From NCBI GenBank assembly GCA_018817905.1, contig JAHISS010000087.1, positions 985 to 64,984 of the forward strand: a stretch of DNA of 64,000 nucleotides, written 5' to 3'. How positions within the stretch are numbered: the stretch's first letter is position 1; each line of letters opens with the position of its first letter. Positions 40,308 to 49,488 of this stretch are shown one piece after another. The notes under the pieces are model-generated. The model had not been told where the DNA came from and made no database searches. It saw only the letters and a list, made by a program, of their open reading frames with translations. Source of the stretch: Nanobdellota archaeon. GTDB lineage: Archaea; Nanobdellota; Nanobdellia; Pacearchaeales; GW2011-AR1. The position numbers and the translations under genes were made by a program.

Positions 40308-40993
40308 AACTTCCTCAAAGCCAAAAGAATTATCAAAACTACGCAGAAGGAGGTGAAGGCGTAGATGATCCAGGTGCGGTTTTTTCCTTGTTTTGTTTTT
40401 AGAACTTGGGGTTCATCTTGATCTTGGGACTGCTTTGAGTTGAGGAGGATTTTTTCATTTTCATTTGAATTGGTTGACAAAGGTTTAATTTCTTCGCTCG
40501 CATCAGAAAGGTCGATTTCAATTTCTTCTTCGTGGACAGTTTCTTTTTCTTCCTGTATTTCTTCTTCAACTGGAGTTTGTTCTTCTTGAGTTTGTTCTTC
40601 GCCGGTGATTTTAATTTCCTGACAGATTTGTTCAAATCCTGAATCGCGTACTGAAGATTTTCTCAACCTCAGACAAATCTGCTGATTTCCAGGGGATTCT
40701 GTAACTTTTATTTTATATTCTGTTTTCTCAGGAAAAACTTCTTGCAAATAATACCATGGATTGCTCCAAGACTCCTTGTCTTCGCTGTAAATCTCAGAGA
40801 TGTAATCTGATGAAGGGATTTTATCGCTTTCTGATTTGTGGACAAAAATCTTTACATCGAAGTTTTCATCTGAATCTGCAGAAATCAAGACAGAAAACTC
40901 TTCATTGATTTCTACTTGACCTGGGGAATTTAACGACAGTTCGAGGGCTGAAGCATTGTGACTCAGGAAAAAACTAATAACCATAGCAATCAT
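40304..40993 (-). CDS. secreted acidic protein with C-terminal TM anchor
   Basis: Start moved to MIAMVISFFLSHNASA to limit overlap with the upstream nuclease. Glu/Gln-rich linker. C-terminal TM WIIYAFTSFCVVLIILLAL. Confidence 0.5.
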   Translation of the reverse strand: MIAMVISFFLSHNASALELSLNSPGQVEINEEFSVLISADSDENFDVKIFVHKSESDKIPSSDYISEIYSEDKESWSNPWYYLQEVFPEKTEYKIKVTESPGNQQICLRLRKSSVRDSGFEQICQEIKITGEEQTQEEQTPVEEEIQEEKETVHEEEIEIDLSDASEEIKPLSTNSNENEKILLNSKQSQDQDEPQVLKTKQGKNRTWIIYAFTSFCVVLIILLALRKL

Positions 40994-41714
40994 AATGAAC
41001 AAGAGCTTGCTCCTTGTCGAAAATGTATGCTGTGTCGCGGTCGTTGTTCCAAATGTTTTGCTTGCTTTGCCAAAATAAATCTGTTTCATTGTCTTTTCCT
41101 TCTCCTGTGTGGAGGATTACCTCACTTAAATCAATATCTGGAAACTTATATTTTTTTCTGCTCTCGTCTGTTATGGTCCAATCCTTGATATTTACTTCAC
41201 CGCAGAGACTTTTTATCTCTACTGTTTCTTTTTCTGCTTGGATTTTTGTTTGAAGACAATTAAAGTGTTGGGACTTTTTCCAAATTCCTTTTTGGTTTTC
41301 GATAGCGTTGGCTTCTGTTTGTGAAAAAAGTTTTAACTCGTCGTCTTCTACAAGAAATTTTTTTGCAAGTCCCTGCTCCACGAGTTTTAGGTTTAGATAT
41401 TCTGGAGCAAAAACTCTGGCAAGTGTTCTCCCGTATTTGTCTGGGGCGAGTTCTTGTATTTCTACTGTTTTATTTTCAAAAAGCGCGAGGAATTTTTTCG
41501 CTTCTTCGTAACCAGGTTCTGACTTTTCAGGGGCATTTATGTTGAGCAAACGAAAGCTTGTTCCTGTGCTGTCTTTGAAAGTGTCGCCGTCTATAACTCT
41601 GGATATTGTAATTGTTCTATAGGCCGAGCTTTCTAAAAAAGAAAAGAGAAAAAAGTTAGCTGCAAGCAAAAGTGTCAAGACAAGTGCTATTGTGAAAGCT
41701 TGTTTTGATTTCAT
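40974..41714 (-). CDS. secreted thermonuclease (SNase) fused to a lamin-tail-like domain
   Basis: 246 aa with a signal/TM. RVIDGDTFKDSTGTSFRLLNINAPE...YGRTLARVF. C-terminal VEIKSLCGEVNIKDWTITDESRKKYKFP...WNNDRDTAYIFD is LTD-like. Confidence 0.8.
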   Translation of the reverse strand: MKSKQAFTIALVLTLLLAANFFLFSFLESSAYRTITISRVIDGDTFKDSTGTSFRLLNINAPEKSEPGYEEAKKFLALFENKTVEIQELAPDKYGRTLARVFAPEYLNLKLVEQGLAKKFLVEDDELKLFSQTEANAIENQKGIWKKSQHFNCLQTKIQAEKETVEIKSLCGEVNIKDWTITDESRKKYKFPDIDLSEVILHTGEGKDNETDLFWQSKQNIWNNDRDTAYIFDKEQALVHYDCYGY

Positions 41715-42190
41715 AATTCCATAATCTGTTTTTTTGTTTTAAGAGAGTTGTAAAATCTTTCTAAATCTTCGTGCGTGATTTCCAAAGTCGCAGTATTAAT
41801 GTTTGGATGGAAACCAACAACCGGAGCTTCCCAAACTTGTTTGTCAAGAACTAAATAAACCTCTGTTGCGTGAATCATTCCAAAGATTGAAACAGAGCCA
41901 GGAGTTAGATTTAGTTTTTCCTTTAGCTGTTCTGCCGAAGCAAATGACAATTTCTTTTTAGCGTGGAGTTTTTTCGCAAGCGATTTCAAGTCAAGGCGTT
42001 TGTGCGCAAACATTGAAACAAGAAAGAATTTTTTATTTTCATCCTTAAGGAAAAGGTTTTTTGTGTGGAGAATGTTCGGAAGTTGCTCCTTTAGTTTCAT
42101 TGATTCTTCAACTGTGAAAACCGCTGGATGTTTGTGTTCGGTGTAAGCGATGCTGCACTTTTCTAAATATGTTTTTAGCGTTTGTTCCAC
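41711..42190 (-). CDS. YbaK/ProX-type aminoacyl-tRNA deacylase
   Basis: 159 aa. HPAVFTVEES..., HTKNLFLKDENKKFFLV, LSFASAEQLKEKLNLTPGSVSIFG. Confidence 0.8.
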   Translation of the reverse strand: MEQTLKTYLEKCSIAYTEHKHPAVFTVEESMKLKEQLPNILHTKNLFLKDENKKFFLVSMFAHKRLDLKSLAKKLHAKKKLSFASAEQLKEKLNLTPGSVSIFGMIHATEVYLVLDKQVWEAPVVGFHPNINTATLEITHEDLERFYNSLKTKKQIMEL

Positions 42191-42240
42191 CCATGTATTG
42201 ATGACGAATATTTTATATAATCTGTGTTTTTTAAGAATGT

Positions 42241-43176
42241 ATGACTTATGATTTTATCATCGTTGGAGCAGGAGTTGCTGGCTTGGCTGGAGCAATGTAT
42301 GCGGCGCGGCTTGGGATGAAGACGCTTGTTCTTGGAACATCGCACGGAAGCGAGATGCCTGTCGGCGGAGTTATCACAACTACAAATCTTGTTGAAAATT
42401 ATCCTGGATTTGTAAAATTAACTGGAACTGAATTAGCTGAAAAAATCAGAAAACATACAGAGAGTTACAAACTGGTTGAAATTAAAGAAGAAAAAGTTGA
42501 AGGTGTGAAAAAAACTGGGAAGAATTTCGAAGTTAAAACCGGCGGGGGAAATTATTTGGCAAAGGCAATTTTGTTTGCAACAGGAACAGAATGGAAAAGG
42601 CTTGAAGTTCCCGGCGGCAGGGAATTTGAAAACCGGGGCGTGGCTTACTGCACTTTGTGCGATGCGCCGCTTTACAAAAACAAAACTGTCGCAGTTGTCG
42701 GAGGAAGCGATGTGGCTGCAAAAGACGCATTGGTTTTAGCAGAACATGCGAAAAAAGTTTACATCATTTACCGAAGAGAAAAAATCCGGGCTGAGCCGAT
42801 TAATTTGGAAAGAATTGAAAAGAATAAAAAAATCGAAGTGATAAACAACACAAATGTCTTGGAAGTCAAAGGGGAGAACGTTGTCAAGTCAGTTGTTTTA
42901 GACAAGAATTATAGTGGTGGAAAAGGGCTTTTGGTTGACGGAGTTTTTGTCGCAATTGGACACCGGATTTTATCTGATTTGGCCAATGAGCTTGGAGTGA
43001 AATTGAACAAAAAGAGAGAGATTGTGATTGACCATAAAACTTGTGAAACAAACCTTGCTGGAGTTTTTGCGGCAGGTGATGTTGCAGACAAACCGTTCAA
43101 ACAGGCAATCACAGGAGTTGCAGAAGGCTGCACTGCTGCGTATTCTGCTTACGAGTATTTGAAGACAATTGAATAA
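42241..43176 (+). CDS. trxB: thioredoxin-disulfide reductase
   Basis: 311 aa. YDFIIVGAGVAGLAGAMYAAR, redox CTLCDAPLY, VAVVGGSDVAAKDAL, FAAGDV. Confidence 0.9.
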   Translation: MTYDFIIVGAGVAGLAGAMYAARLGMKTLVLGTSHGSEMPVGGVITTTNLVENYPGFVKLTGTELAEKIRKHTESYKLVEIKEEKVEGVKKTGKNFEVKTGGGNYLAKAILFATGTEWKRLEVPGGREFENRGVAYCTLCDAPLYKNKTVAVVGGSDVAAKDALVLAEHAKKVYIIYRREKIRAEPINLERIEKNKKIEVINNTNVLEVKGENVVKSVVLDKNYSGGKGLLVDGVFVAIGHRILSDLANELGVKLNKKREIVIDHKTCETNLAGVFAAGDVADKPFKQAITGVAEGCTAAYSAYEYLKTIE

Positions 43177-43203
43177 ATTTTTAAAGAAGAAAGATTATTT
43201 AAT

Positions 43204-43659
43204 TTGATGATTGTTGAGAAAAAAAGAGGGCTGTCTCCAGTTATAGCAACTGTTTTACTTGTTTCGATTGCTTTAGTTTTGGCAGTTATCATTTTTTTAT
43301 GGGCGAGAAGTTTTATTGCTGAAACTGTTTTGAAGGGTGGAGAGCGAGTTGAATTGATGTGCGAAGATGTTGGGTTTTTGGCGGAAGCATACGGTGAGCA
43401 GTTGCTCATAGAAAATATTGCGACTGTTCCGATTTATGGTGTTGAAATCAGGGTTCTTGGAAGCGGCGAAATAAGAGAAGTTGCACCGACAACGGGCGGG
43501 ACAATCGAGGCAGGGCAAACAATGAGCTTTGATCTTCCGGTTGGTATTTCTTCTGGAGAAACAATTATTGCTGTTCCGATTCTGCTCGGCGAAACAGATG
43601 AAGAACAGGTCCCATATATTTGCGACATTGATTATGGCGTGGAAGCTGTAGTGGGATGA
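43204..43659 (+). CDS. archaeal type IV pilin-like protein (class III signal peptide)
   Basis: MMIVEKKRGLSPVIATVLLVSIALVLAVIIF, with the KRG|LSPVIATVLL prepilin motif. Confidence 0.85.
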   Translation: MMIVEKKRGLSPVIATVLLVSIALVLAVIIFLWARSFIAETVLKGGERVELMCEDVGFLAEAYGEQLLIENIATVPIYGVEIRVLGSGEIREVAPTTGGTIEAGQTMSFDLPVGISSGETIIAVPILLGETDEEQVPYICDIDYGVEAVVG

Positions 43660-43663
43660 TGAA

Positions 43664-44212
43664 ATGAAAAAAAAAGGTCTGTCAACTATTGTTGCTACGA
43701 TTGCAGTTGTTTTGCTGACTTTGGCTGCTGCGGCGTTTATCGCTGGATTTATTGTTCCGCTTGTGAGAAACCAGCTGAATGAAGGAACAGAATGTCTTGG
43801 CTATGAAGATTATTTTACGTTTTATGAAGAGTTTGAGTATAATTGTTACAGACAGGGTGGATCGACCTGGCTTTACGGGATTTCTGTTCAAGCAGATTCG
43901 GTGAGAGAAGAAACTGCAGATGAAGTAGCAGGATTTAAACTTCAGTTTTTGAAAACAGGAGAATCAAAAAGTGTTGAGGTTGAAGATGAAATGCCGAAGA
44001 CAGATGAAATCAGAATGTTAAATTCTTCTGTGGCGAAGTTAGAAATTCCTAAGAGTGGGGAAGTAAGAACCTATGTTTATACCGGGAATGGACTTTTCGG
44101 AACAGTTAAAATAGCTCCCGTGTTAAAGTCAGGAAGAACTTGTGAAATAACTGATTCAATAGATATTGGAGGAATAGAATGCGCTCCAGGAGTAGATTTG
44201 GCGCTCACTTAA
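43664..44212 (+). CDS. archaeal type IV pilin-like protein
   Basis: MKKKGLSTIVATIAVVLLTLAAAAFIAGF is a class III signal peptide. Confidence 0.85.
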   Translation: MKKKGLSTIVATIAVVLLTLAAAAFIAGFIVPLVRNQLNEGTECLGYEDYFTFYEEFEYNCYRQGGSTWLYGISVQADSVREETADEVAGFKLQFLKTGESKSVEVEDEMPKTDEIRMLNSSVAKLEIPKSGEVRTYVYTGNGLFGTVKIAPVLKSGRTCEITDSIDIGGIECAPGVDLALT

Positions 44213-44503
44213 AATGAGCTACTAAAGGGGATGCACCAAAAAATAAAATGCCACCAAAAACAAACAAGCAAAAAAGAGATTTAATATTTAATCTTAGATT
44301 TATCAATCACAAAGTGAAGCTCCCAACCGTAAAATCAAAAAACAATCGTTATCAACAACGCACATTATTGGATATGATAATCTTTGGTGGGGCAGTAGCA
44401 TTTGCCCAACTGCAACAAGCGGAAGGAATCTCTTTTCAATTAAATTTAGGGGGCGACAATTCCTCTTTCGGTTTCAAAACCGAGTATCATTGGTGTTGAT
44501 GCG

Positions 44504-45040
44504 ATGGATAAAAAAAATGCCCAAGTTTGGATAGAGACTGTGATGTACACTTTGATTGGACTTGCTTTGATAGGCATTGTCCTGGCAATTGCAACTCCGA
44601 GAATAAACGAAGCAAAGGACAGGATTGCAGTTGAGCAGACAATTGAATCGTTAAATGTTTGGGATGAAAAAATCAGCGAGGTTTTGGACAGAGGTCCTGG
44701 AAACAACAGAAACATTCCTTCTTTTGTTATGAAACGGGGTGAGCTTTTTATCAACGGCGATACAGACACAATTGTTTTTATTTTAGACGAACTTGGAAAG
44801 CCATATTCAGAACCAGATATTGAAATAGAGTTCGGAGAAGTTGTTCTTGTTTCCAGACAAGAGGGAAAATCAAATTCTGTTGAAATGACTTTGAATTATC
44901 TTAACGTTACAAACTTAACTTATGACGGGGAAGACAATGTTAAAAAGTTCACTGCTGCTGCAACACCTTATGCGTTTTCTATAAAAAATCTTGGCGGAGT
45001 TAACATCAGCAATGTTGATATCGAAGAGAGCTCCAGATAG
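44504..45040 (+). CDS. pilin-like protein
   Basis: MDKKNAQVWIETVMYTLIGLALIGIVLAI. Short basic leader, Glu at +5 after A|Q, then a hydrophobic helix. Confidence 0.7.
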   Translation: MDKKNAQVWIETVMYTLIGLALIGIVLAIATPRINEAKDRIAVEQTIESLNVWDEKISEVLDRGPGNNRNIPSFVMKRGELFINGDTDTIVFILDELGKPYSEPDIEIEFGEVVLVSRQEGKSNSVEMTLNYLNVTNLTYDGEDNVKKFTAAATPYAFSIKNLGGVNISNVDIEESSR

Positions 45041-45070
45041 TTTTAAATAAATGTTTTCTTTAAAATCGAT

Positions 45071-46597
45071 ATGGCTGGCAAGATAAATCTAAATCCAGTA
45101 GTGCCGCCGCTTCCGCGGAATGAAGATAAAAAAAAGGTAGATGTGAGGTATATGCTGATTTCACCTTATGCTTCTGCGCACATTTACTGGAACAAGAAAG
45201 TAAATGAGTTGGTTTACGAACTTGAAGAGCCGATTCTGACAAAAGAAGAAGAGGAAGTGCTTGAAAGAGTTGAAAGCGCAATGCTTGAGTTGATTAATGT
45301 TAACGTTGCTATTGAAAAAACCCTTGAGGCAACAACGAATTATATAGATAAAACGGCGAGGTTACTGATTGATGAATTGAATATTGGGGTATCTTCTGAG
45401 AGTTATGATAAAATATTTTATTATCTGTTTAGGGATTTTATCGGACTGAATGAGATTGATCCATTGTTAAGGGATTATTTTATTGAAGATATAGAGTGCA
45501 ATGGAATTGATACGCCGTTATTTATCGTTCATAGGATGTATCGGAATCTTAGGACTAACCTTATTTTCAATGACTTTGACAAGCTTGCGAGTTTTATAGA
45601 AAAACTTGCGCAGCGCACAGGCAGGTATGTTTCTTACGCGCAGCCGCTGCTTGATGGAACACTGCCAGATGGTTCGAGAGTTAATGCTACATACACAAAA
45701 GATGTTTCTTCACGGGGACCTACTTTCACAATTAGAAAATTCACTAAAGTTCCATGGACTCCGACACAATTGATTTCGATGAACACGCTTTCCCCTGAAA
45801 TGCTGGCTTATTTCTGGATTTTGCTTGACAACAAAGCAAACATCTTGGTTACAGGAAGCACTTCTTCTGGAAAAACAACTTTGTTGAATGCGCTGGCTTT
45901 TTTTATCCCGCCTGAGGCGAGAGTTGTCAGTATTGAAGACACTCGAGAAATAAATTTACCGAGGGAAAACTGGCTGCCTTCGGTTGCAAGAACTTCTGTC
46001 GGCGTTGGAAAAATTGGCGAGGTTGATTTGTTTGAAATTTTGAAAAGCTCGTTCAGACAAAATCCAGATTATTTGATTGTGGGGGAAGTCAGAGGAAAAG
46101 AAGCGTTTGTTTTGTTTCAGGGAATGGCGAGCGGCCACACGTCCATCAGCACAATGCATTCTGACTCTGTGGACACTTTAATAAGGCGATTGCAGACTCC
46201 TCCAATAGATTTATCTCCAACCTTGGTAAATTCTTTAGATTGTGTTGTTGTTACAACGCACGCGGTAGCTAAAAAACAAGAAACCAGAAAAGTTAGAGAA
46301 ATCGTTGAGATTGTTAATGTTAACAAAGACGGAACAGCTTTGGTGAATACGCCGTTTAAGTGGGATCCTGCGAAAGATGTTTTTTACTCAAAAAAACAGA
46401 GCAAGGTTTTTGAAAAAATATCTACGCGAACTGGCACTCCTATTGAAAAATTGTATAAAGATTTAGCTACGAGGGCGAAATTGCTTTACGAGTTATACAA
46501 ACGAAAGATATTTGGATTTGATGAGGTTGGTTGGATTATTAATGAATTCCACAAAAACCCGGTTGGCGTTTTGAATAAATTTAATATTGCGGAGTGA
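45071..46597 (+). CDS. type II/IV secretion-family ATPase (ArlI/PilB-like)
   Basis: 508 aa. Walker A GSTSSGKTTLLNAL, EDTREI, Walker B/His box LIVGEVRGKEAFVLFQGMASGH. Confidence 0.9.
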   Translation: MAGKINLNPVVPPLPRNEDKKKVDVRYMLISPYASAHIYWNKKVNELVYELEEPILTKEEEEVLERVESAMLELINVNVAIEKTLEATTNYIDKTARLLIDELNIGVSSESYDKIFYYLFRDFIGLNEIDPLLRDYFIEDIECNGIDTPLFIVHRMYRNLRTNLIFNDFDKLASFIEKLAQRTGRYVSYAQPLLDGTLPDGSRVNATYTKDVSSRGPTFTIRKFTKVPWTPTQLISMNTLSPEMLAYFWILLDNKANILVTGSTSSGKTTLLNALAFFIPPEARVVSIEDTREINLPRENWLPSVARTSVGVGKIGEVDLFEILKSSFRQNPDYLIVGEVRGKEAFVLFQGMASGHTSISTMHSDSVDTLIRRLQTPPIDLSPTLVNSLDCVVVTTHAVAKKQETRKVREIVEIVNVNKDGTALVNTPFKWDPAKDVFYSKKQSKVFEKISTRTGTPIEKLYKDLATRAKLLYELYKRKIFGFDEVGWIINEFHKNPVGVLNKFNIAE

Positions 46598-46628
46598 TTG
46601 AAAACTATTTAAATCTTCTACTTCTTTT

Positions 46629-46799
46629 ATGTTGATGAAAAAAGAGAACATCGTAGTTGTAGCTCAGCTTTTGACAGCTATTAAGGACAACATTGAAAAA
46701 ATAGAAGAAGCTGAACGGGAAAAAGATGCTGAGAAACTTTCTTCTGGAAGGCAGGAGATTTTGAGTTTTCAAAAGAAAATCGGGGAGCTTTTGAAATGA
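46629..46799 (+). CDS. small coiled-coil protein (56 aa)
   Basis: Own translation MLMKKENIVVVAQLLTAIKDNIEKIEEAEREKDAEKLSSGRQEILSFQKKIGELLK. Stop overlaps (ATGA) the platform-gene start. Confidence 0.4.
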   Translation: MLMKKENIVVVAQLLTAIKDNIEKIEEAEREKDAEKLSSGRQEILSFQKKIGELLK

Positions 46800-48106
46800 T
46801 TGGCGAACTGAAAAAAAACATTGAAACAGAAATCGGAATGCTTCGGGAGATTTCTAATTATCAGCGCAAACTGGAATCTGCGACAGAAGAAGAGAAAGTT
46901 CTTTTGGAAGGGACGGTTAAGTCGCTGGTGGCTGGAATGAAAATAATTAATGATTCAGTTCCGAAAATGCTGCAGGATGTTTCTATCTCAAAAAAATTGC
47001 CTTCTCTTGGTCGGGGGAAAAAAGAAAAACAGAGATTTGAAAAAATTAATTTTAAGCGGGCGGGGTCAGATGTTGAGGTTGTTCTTAAGTCGGGGGACAA
47101 AGAAAGGTTTTTGAAGGAACTTGACATAAGCGAGCAGTTTGTGAAGAAACTTCGGAAAAAACAATTTGAAAAACAGGAGACATATGGAGAGTTTAAAGCG
47201 TCGCGTGGATACCTGAAACTTGCGAACAGTTTTTTTCTAAAAAGTGCTGGGAAGTCAATAAGAAAGGGTTATTTCAAAAGTCTTTCAGGGAGTTTGAGGA
47301 AGGCAAACATTGATATTTTGTTTGAATCCTATGTTGCACTAATCTATCTTTCTGTTTTGTTGTCTTTTATTGCGTCAATTTTCATCACAGTTGTTTTATT
47401 ATTTTTCAGCACTATGCCCATCTGGCCTTTTTTTGAAGTTAATGATGGCGGTTATCTTTTAAGAATTGGGAAAATCTTTTGGATACCAGTCGCTGTTCCG
47501 CTGCTAACTTTTTTAGGGCTTTACATTTACCCGCTGACTGAAAAAAAGTCTATTGGAAACAAAATAAATCAAGAACTGCCTTTTGCAGTGATTCATATGA
47601 GCGCGATATCTGGCTCTGGAATTGAACCTTCGGAAATATTCAGGATAATTGGACTGAATAAAGAATACCCTTATCTGAGAAGAGAGATTAGGAAAGTTCT
47701 GAACCAGATTAATCTTTATGGTTATGATTTGACTACTGCGCTTAGCAATGCGGCTAAAAGTTCTCCGAGCGAAAAATTGTCAGAGTTGTTTTCTGGTTTG
47801 TCGACTACGATAACTTCTGGCGCTGACCTTTCCGAGTTTTTCGAAAAAAGGGCGGAAACATTGCTTCTGGGTTATAGGATAGAACGGGAGAAATATACTC
47901 AGCTTGTTGAAACTTTTCTTGATATTTATATTAGCGTTGTCATCGCAGCCCCAATGATATTTTTGCTGCTGCTTGTGATGATGGCTGTTTCTGGGATGGG
48001 CGTTGCCTTGAGCTCGTTTCAGATAAGCGTCTTAGCTGTCCTCATCATAGCTGTCTTAAACATTGTTTTCCTGTTGTTTTTACAAATGAAACAACCGAGT
48101 TACTAA
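46796..48106 (+). CDS. pilus/archaellum platform protein, first half (T2SSF domain; ArlJ/TadC-like)
   Basis: 436 aa. Cytoplasmic coiled coil, then TMs and LPFAVIHMSAISGSGIEPSEIFRII...YDLTTALSNAAKSSPSEKLSELFSGL. Confidence 0.8.
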   Translation: MIGELKKNIETEIGMLREISNYQRKLESATEEEKVLLEGTVKSLVAGMKIINDSVPKMLQDVSISKKLPSLGRGKKEKQRFEKINFKRAGSDVEVVLKSGDKERFLKELDISEQFVKKLRKKQFEKQETYGEFKASRGYLKLANSFFLKSAGKSIRKGYFKSLSGSLRKANIDILFESYVALIYLSVLLSFIASIFITVVLLFFSTMPIWPFFEVNDGGYLLRIGKIFWIPVAVPLLTFLGLYIYPLTEKKSIGNKINQELPFAVIHMSAISGSGIEPSEIFRIIGLNKEYPYLRREIRKVLNQINLYGYDLTTALSNAAKSSPSEKLSELFSGLSTTITSGADLSEFFEKRAETLLLGYRIEREKYTQLVETFLDIYISVVIAAPMIFLLLLVMMAVSGMGVALSSFQISVLAVLIIAVLNIVFLLFLQMKQPSY

Positions 48107-48107
48107 A

Positions 48108-48479
48108 ATGAAAAATAAATTACAAAAGAAAATTTGTCAGGAATGGAAAAATATTATTTTTAATGCCCTATTTGCAGTTTTAACAATGCTGTTCGCTGTG
48201 CTATTTTACGAAAATATATTTTTAACAACGGCGGTGATTGGGGTTGTTAGTCTTGTTGGTTTAATTAAATGGAAATCTAAATTGACTTTGGTTATTTTTA
48301 TTTTTTCAGCGTTGTTAGGGACAATCGGCGAGATGATTGCTACAAATTATGGTGTTTGGGAATATTCGTTTGCTAATTTTGTTAATATCCCATTATGGCT
48401 ATTTTTAGTTTGGGGGAACGCTGGGGCTTTTATTTATCAAACTGCTTTAGAATTTAAAAGATTGGGAGTCAAAAAATAA
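48108..48479 (+). CDS. small polytopic membrane protein (123 aa)
   Basis: Four hydrophobic segments. Sits between the two platform halves with 1-nt spacers. No family recognised. Confidence 0.55.
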   Translation: MKNKLQKKICQEWKNIIFNALFAVLTMLFAVLFYENIFLTTAVIGVVSLVGLIKWKSKLTLVIFIFSALLGTIGEMIATNYGVWEYSFANFVNIPLWLFLVWGNAGAFIYQTALEFKRLGVKK

Positions 48480-48480
48480 A

Positions 48481-49341
48481 ATGGCGCTGAAAAAAATGCA
48501 CTGGTTTGGGATAATTGCAGGCGTAGTTATCGCGCTTTTTGATTTTGTATTCTTCTACAAAAATGAAAAGATGTTGTTTTTCCTTTTGGGAATCGGCATT
48601 GGAATTATAGCTTTGCCGTTTATTATCGGACTTAGCCTTGAGAACAAGAAAGAACACAAAGTTGATGATATGTTTTTAGAATTCACGAGGAATCTTGCAG
48701 AAAGCGTGGCAACTGGAACTCCGATAAGCAAAGGAGTAATCAACATGAGAAAAAAGAATTATGGGGTTTTGAATCCTCATGTCAATAAACTTGCAAACCA
48801 GATAGAGCTTGGAATTCCTGTTGACGAGGCGCTGCAAACTTTTGCGAAAGAGCTGGACAGCACTGTTGTTAAGCGGGCGATTGCCCTGATACGCGAAGCT
48901 GAAAAAGCTGGGGGAGATATTGACTATATTTTGGATTCAACAGCAAAGTCAATTTGTGAAGTTGAAAAGCTGAAGAAAGAAAGAAGGGCTGTGATTTATG
49001 GGCTGGTTGTTCAAGGTTATGTTATCTTTTTTATTTTTATCGGGATAATACTTATCATGGAATTCAAAATCATTCCGCTTACTGCTGGAGTCAGCACCTT
49101 CGGAGGTTTGGGCGGGGCAGGAGATTTGGGCTCTGGAGCAGCTGGAGTGGGAGAGATATCTCCTGAACAGTTTACTAAACCTTTTTTGTATCTTTTGCTG
49201 GCGCAGGGATTGTTTGTCGGGCTTGTAATCGGGAAGCTGACAGAAGGTTCGATAAAGAAAGGGCTGAAACATTCTTTTATCTTGATGATAACTGCTTTTC
49301 TTATTTCAACTGGGGCGCGGCTGTTTTTGAGTGGTGGGTGA
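48481..49341 (+). CDS. pilus/archaellum platform protein, second half (T2SSF domain; TadB/TadC-like)
   Basis: 286 aa. FLEFTRNLAESVATGTPISKGV...IELGIPVDEALQTFAKELDSTVVKRAIALIREAEKAGGD. Confidence 0.8.
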   Translation: MALKKMHWFGIIAGVVIALFDFVFFYKNEKMLFFLLGIGIGIIALPFIIGLSLENKKEHKVDDMFLEFTRNLAESVATGTPISKGVINMRKKNYGVLNPHVNKLANQIELGIPVDEALQTFAKELDSTVVKRAIALIREAEKAGGDIDYILDSTAKSICEVEKLKKERRAVIYGLVVQGYVIFFIFIGIILIMEFKIIPLTAGVSTFGGLGGAGDLGSGAAGVGEISPEQFTKPFLYLLLAQGLFVGLVIGKLTEGSIKKGLKHSFILMITAFLISTGARLFLSGG

Positions 49342-49488
49342 ATTGAAAAATCTGAAAAGAGTTAGTTGATGAAGGGAGGCATTTCTTTAGTCCGATTAGA
49401 ATGGAAAAACATTATGACTACTATAACTTGAAAGTGATAACAAAAAGAAAAGTTTATAAAGCAAGATACTGGAACTTTTATAGAGAAA

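Noticed and set aside
44248-44499. 83-aa plus-strand ORF in the pilin-operon gap
   Set aside because: It is low-complexity and Lys/Asn-rich, with no SD. It spans the dispersed-repeat copy and the hairpin. It is more likely non-coding.
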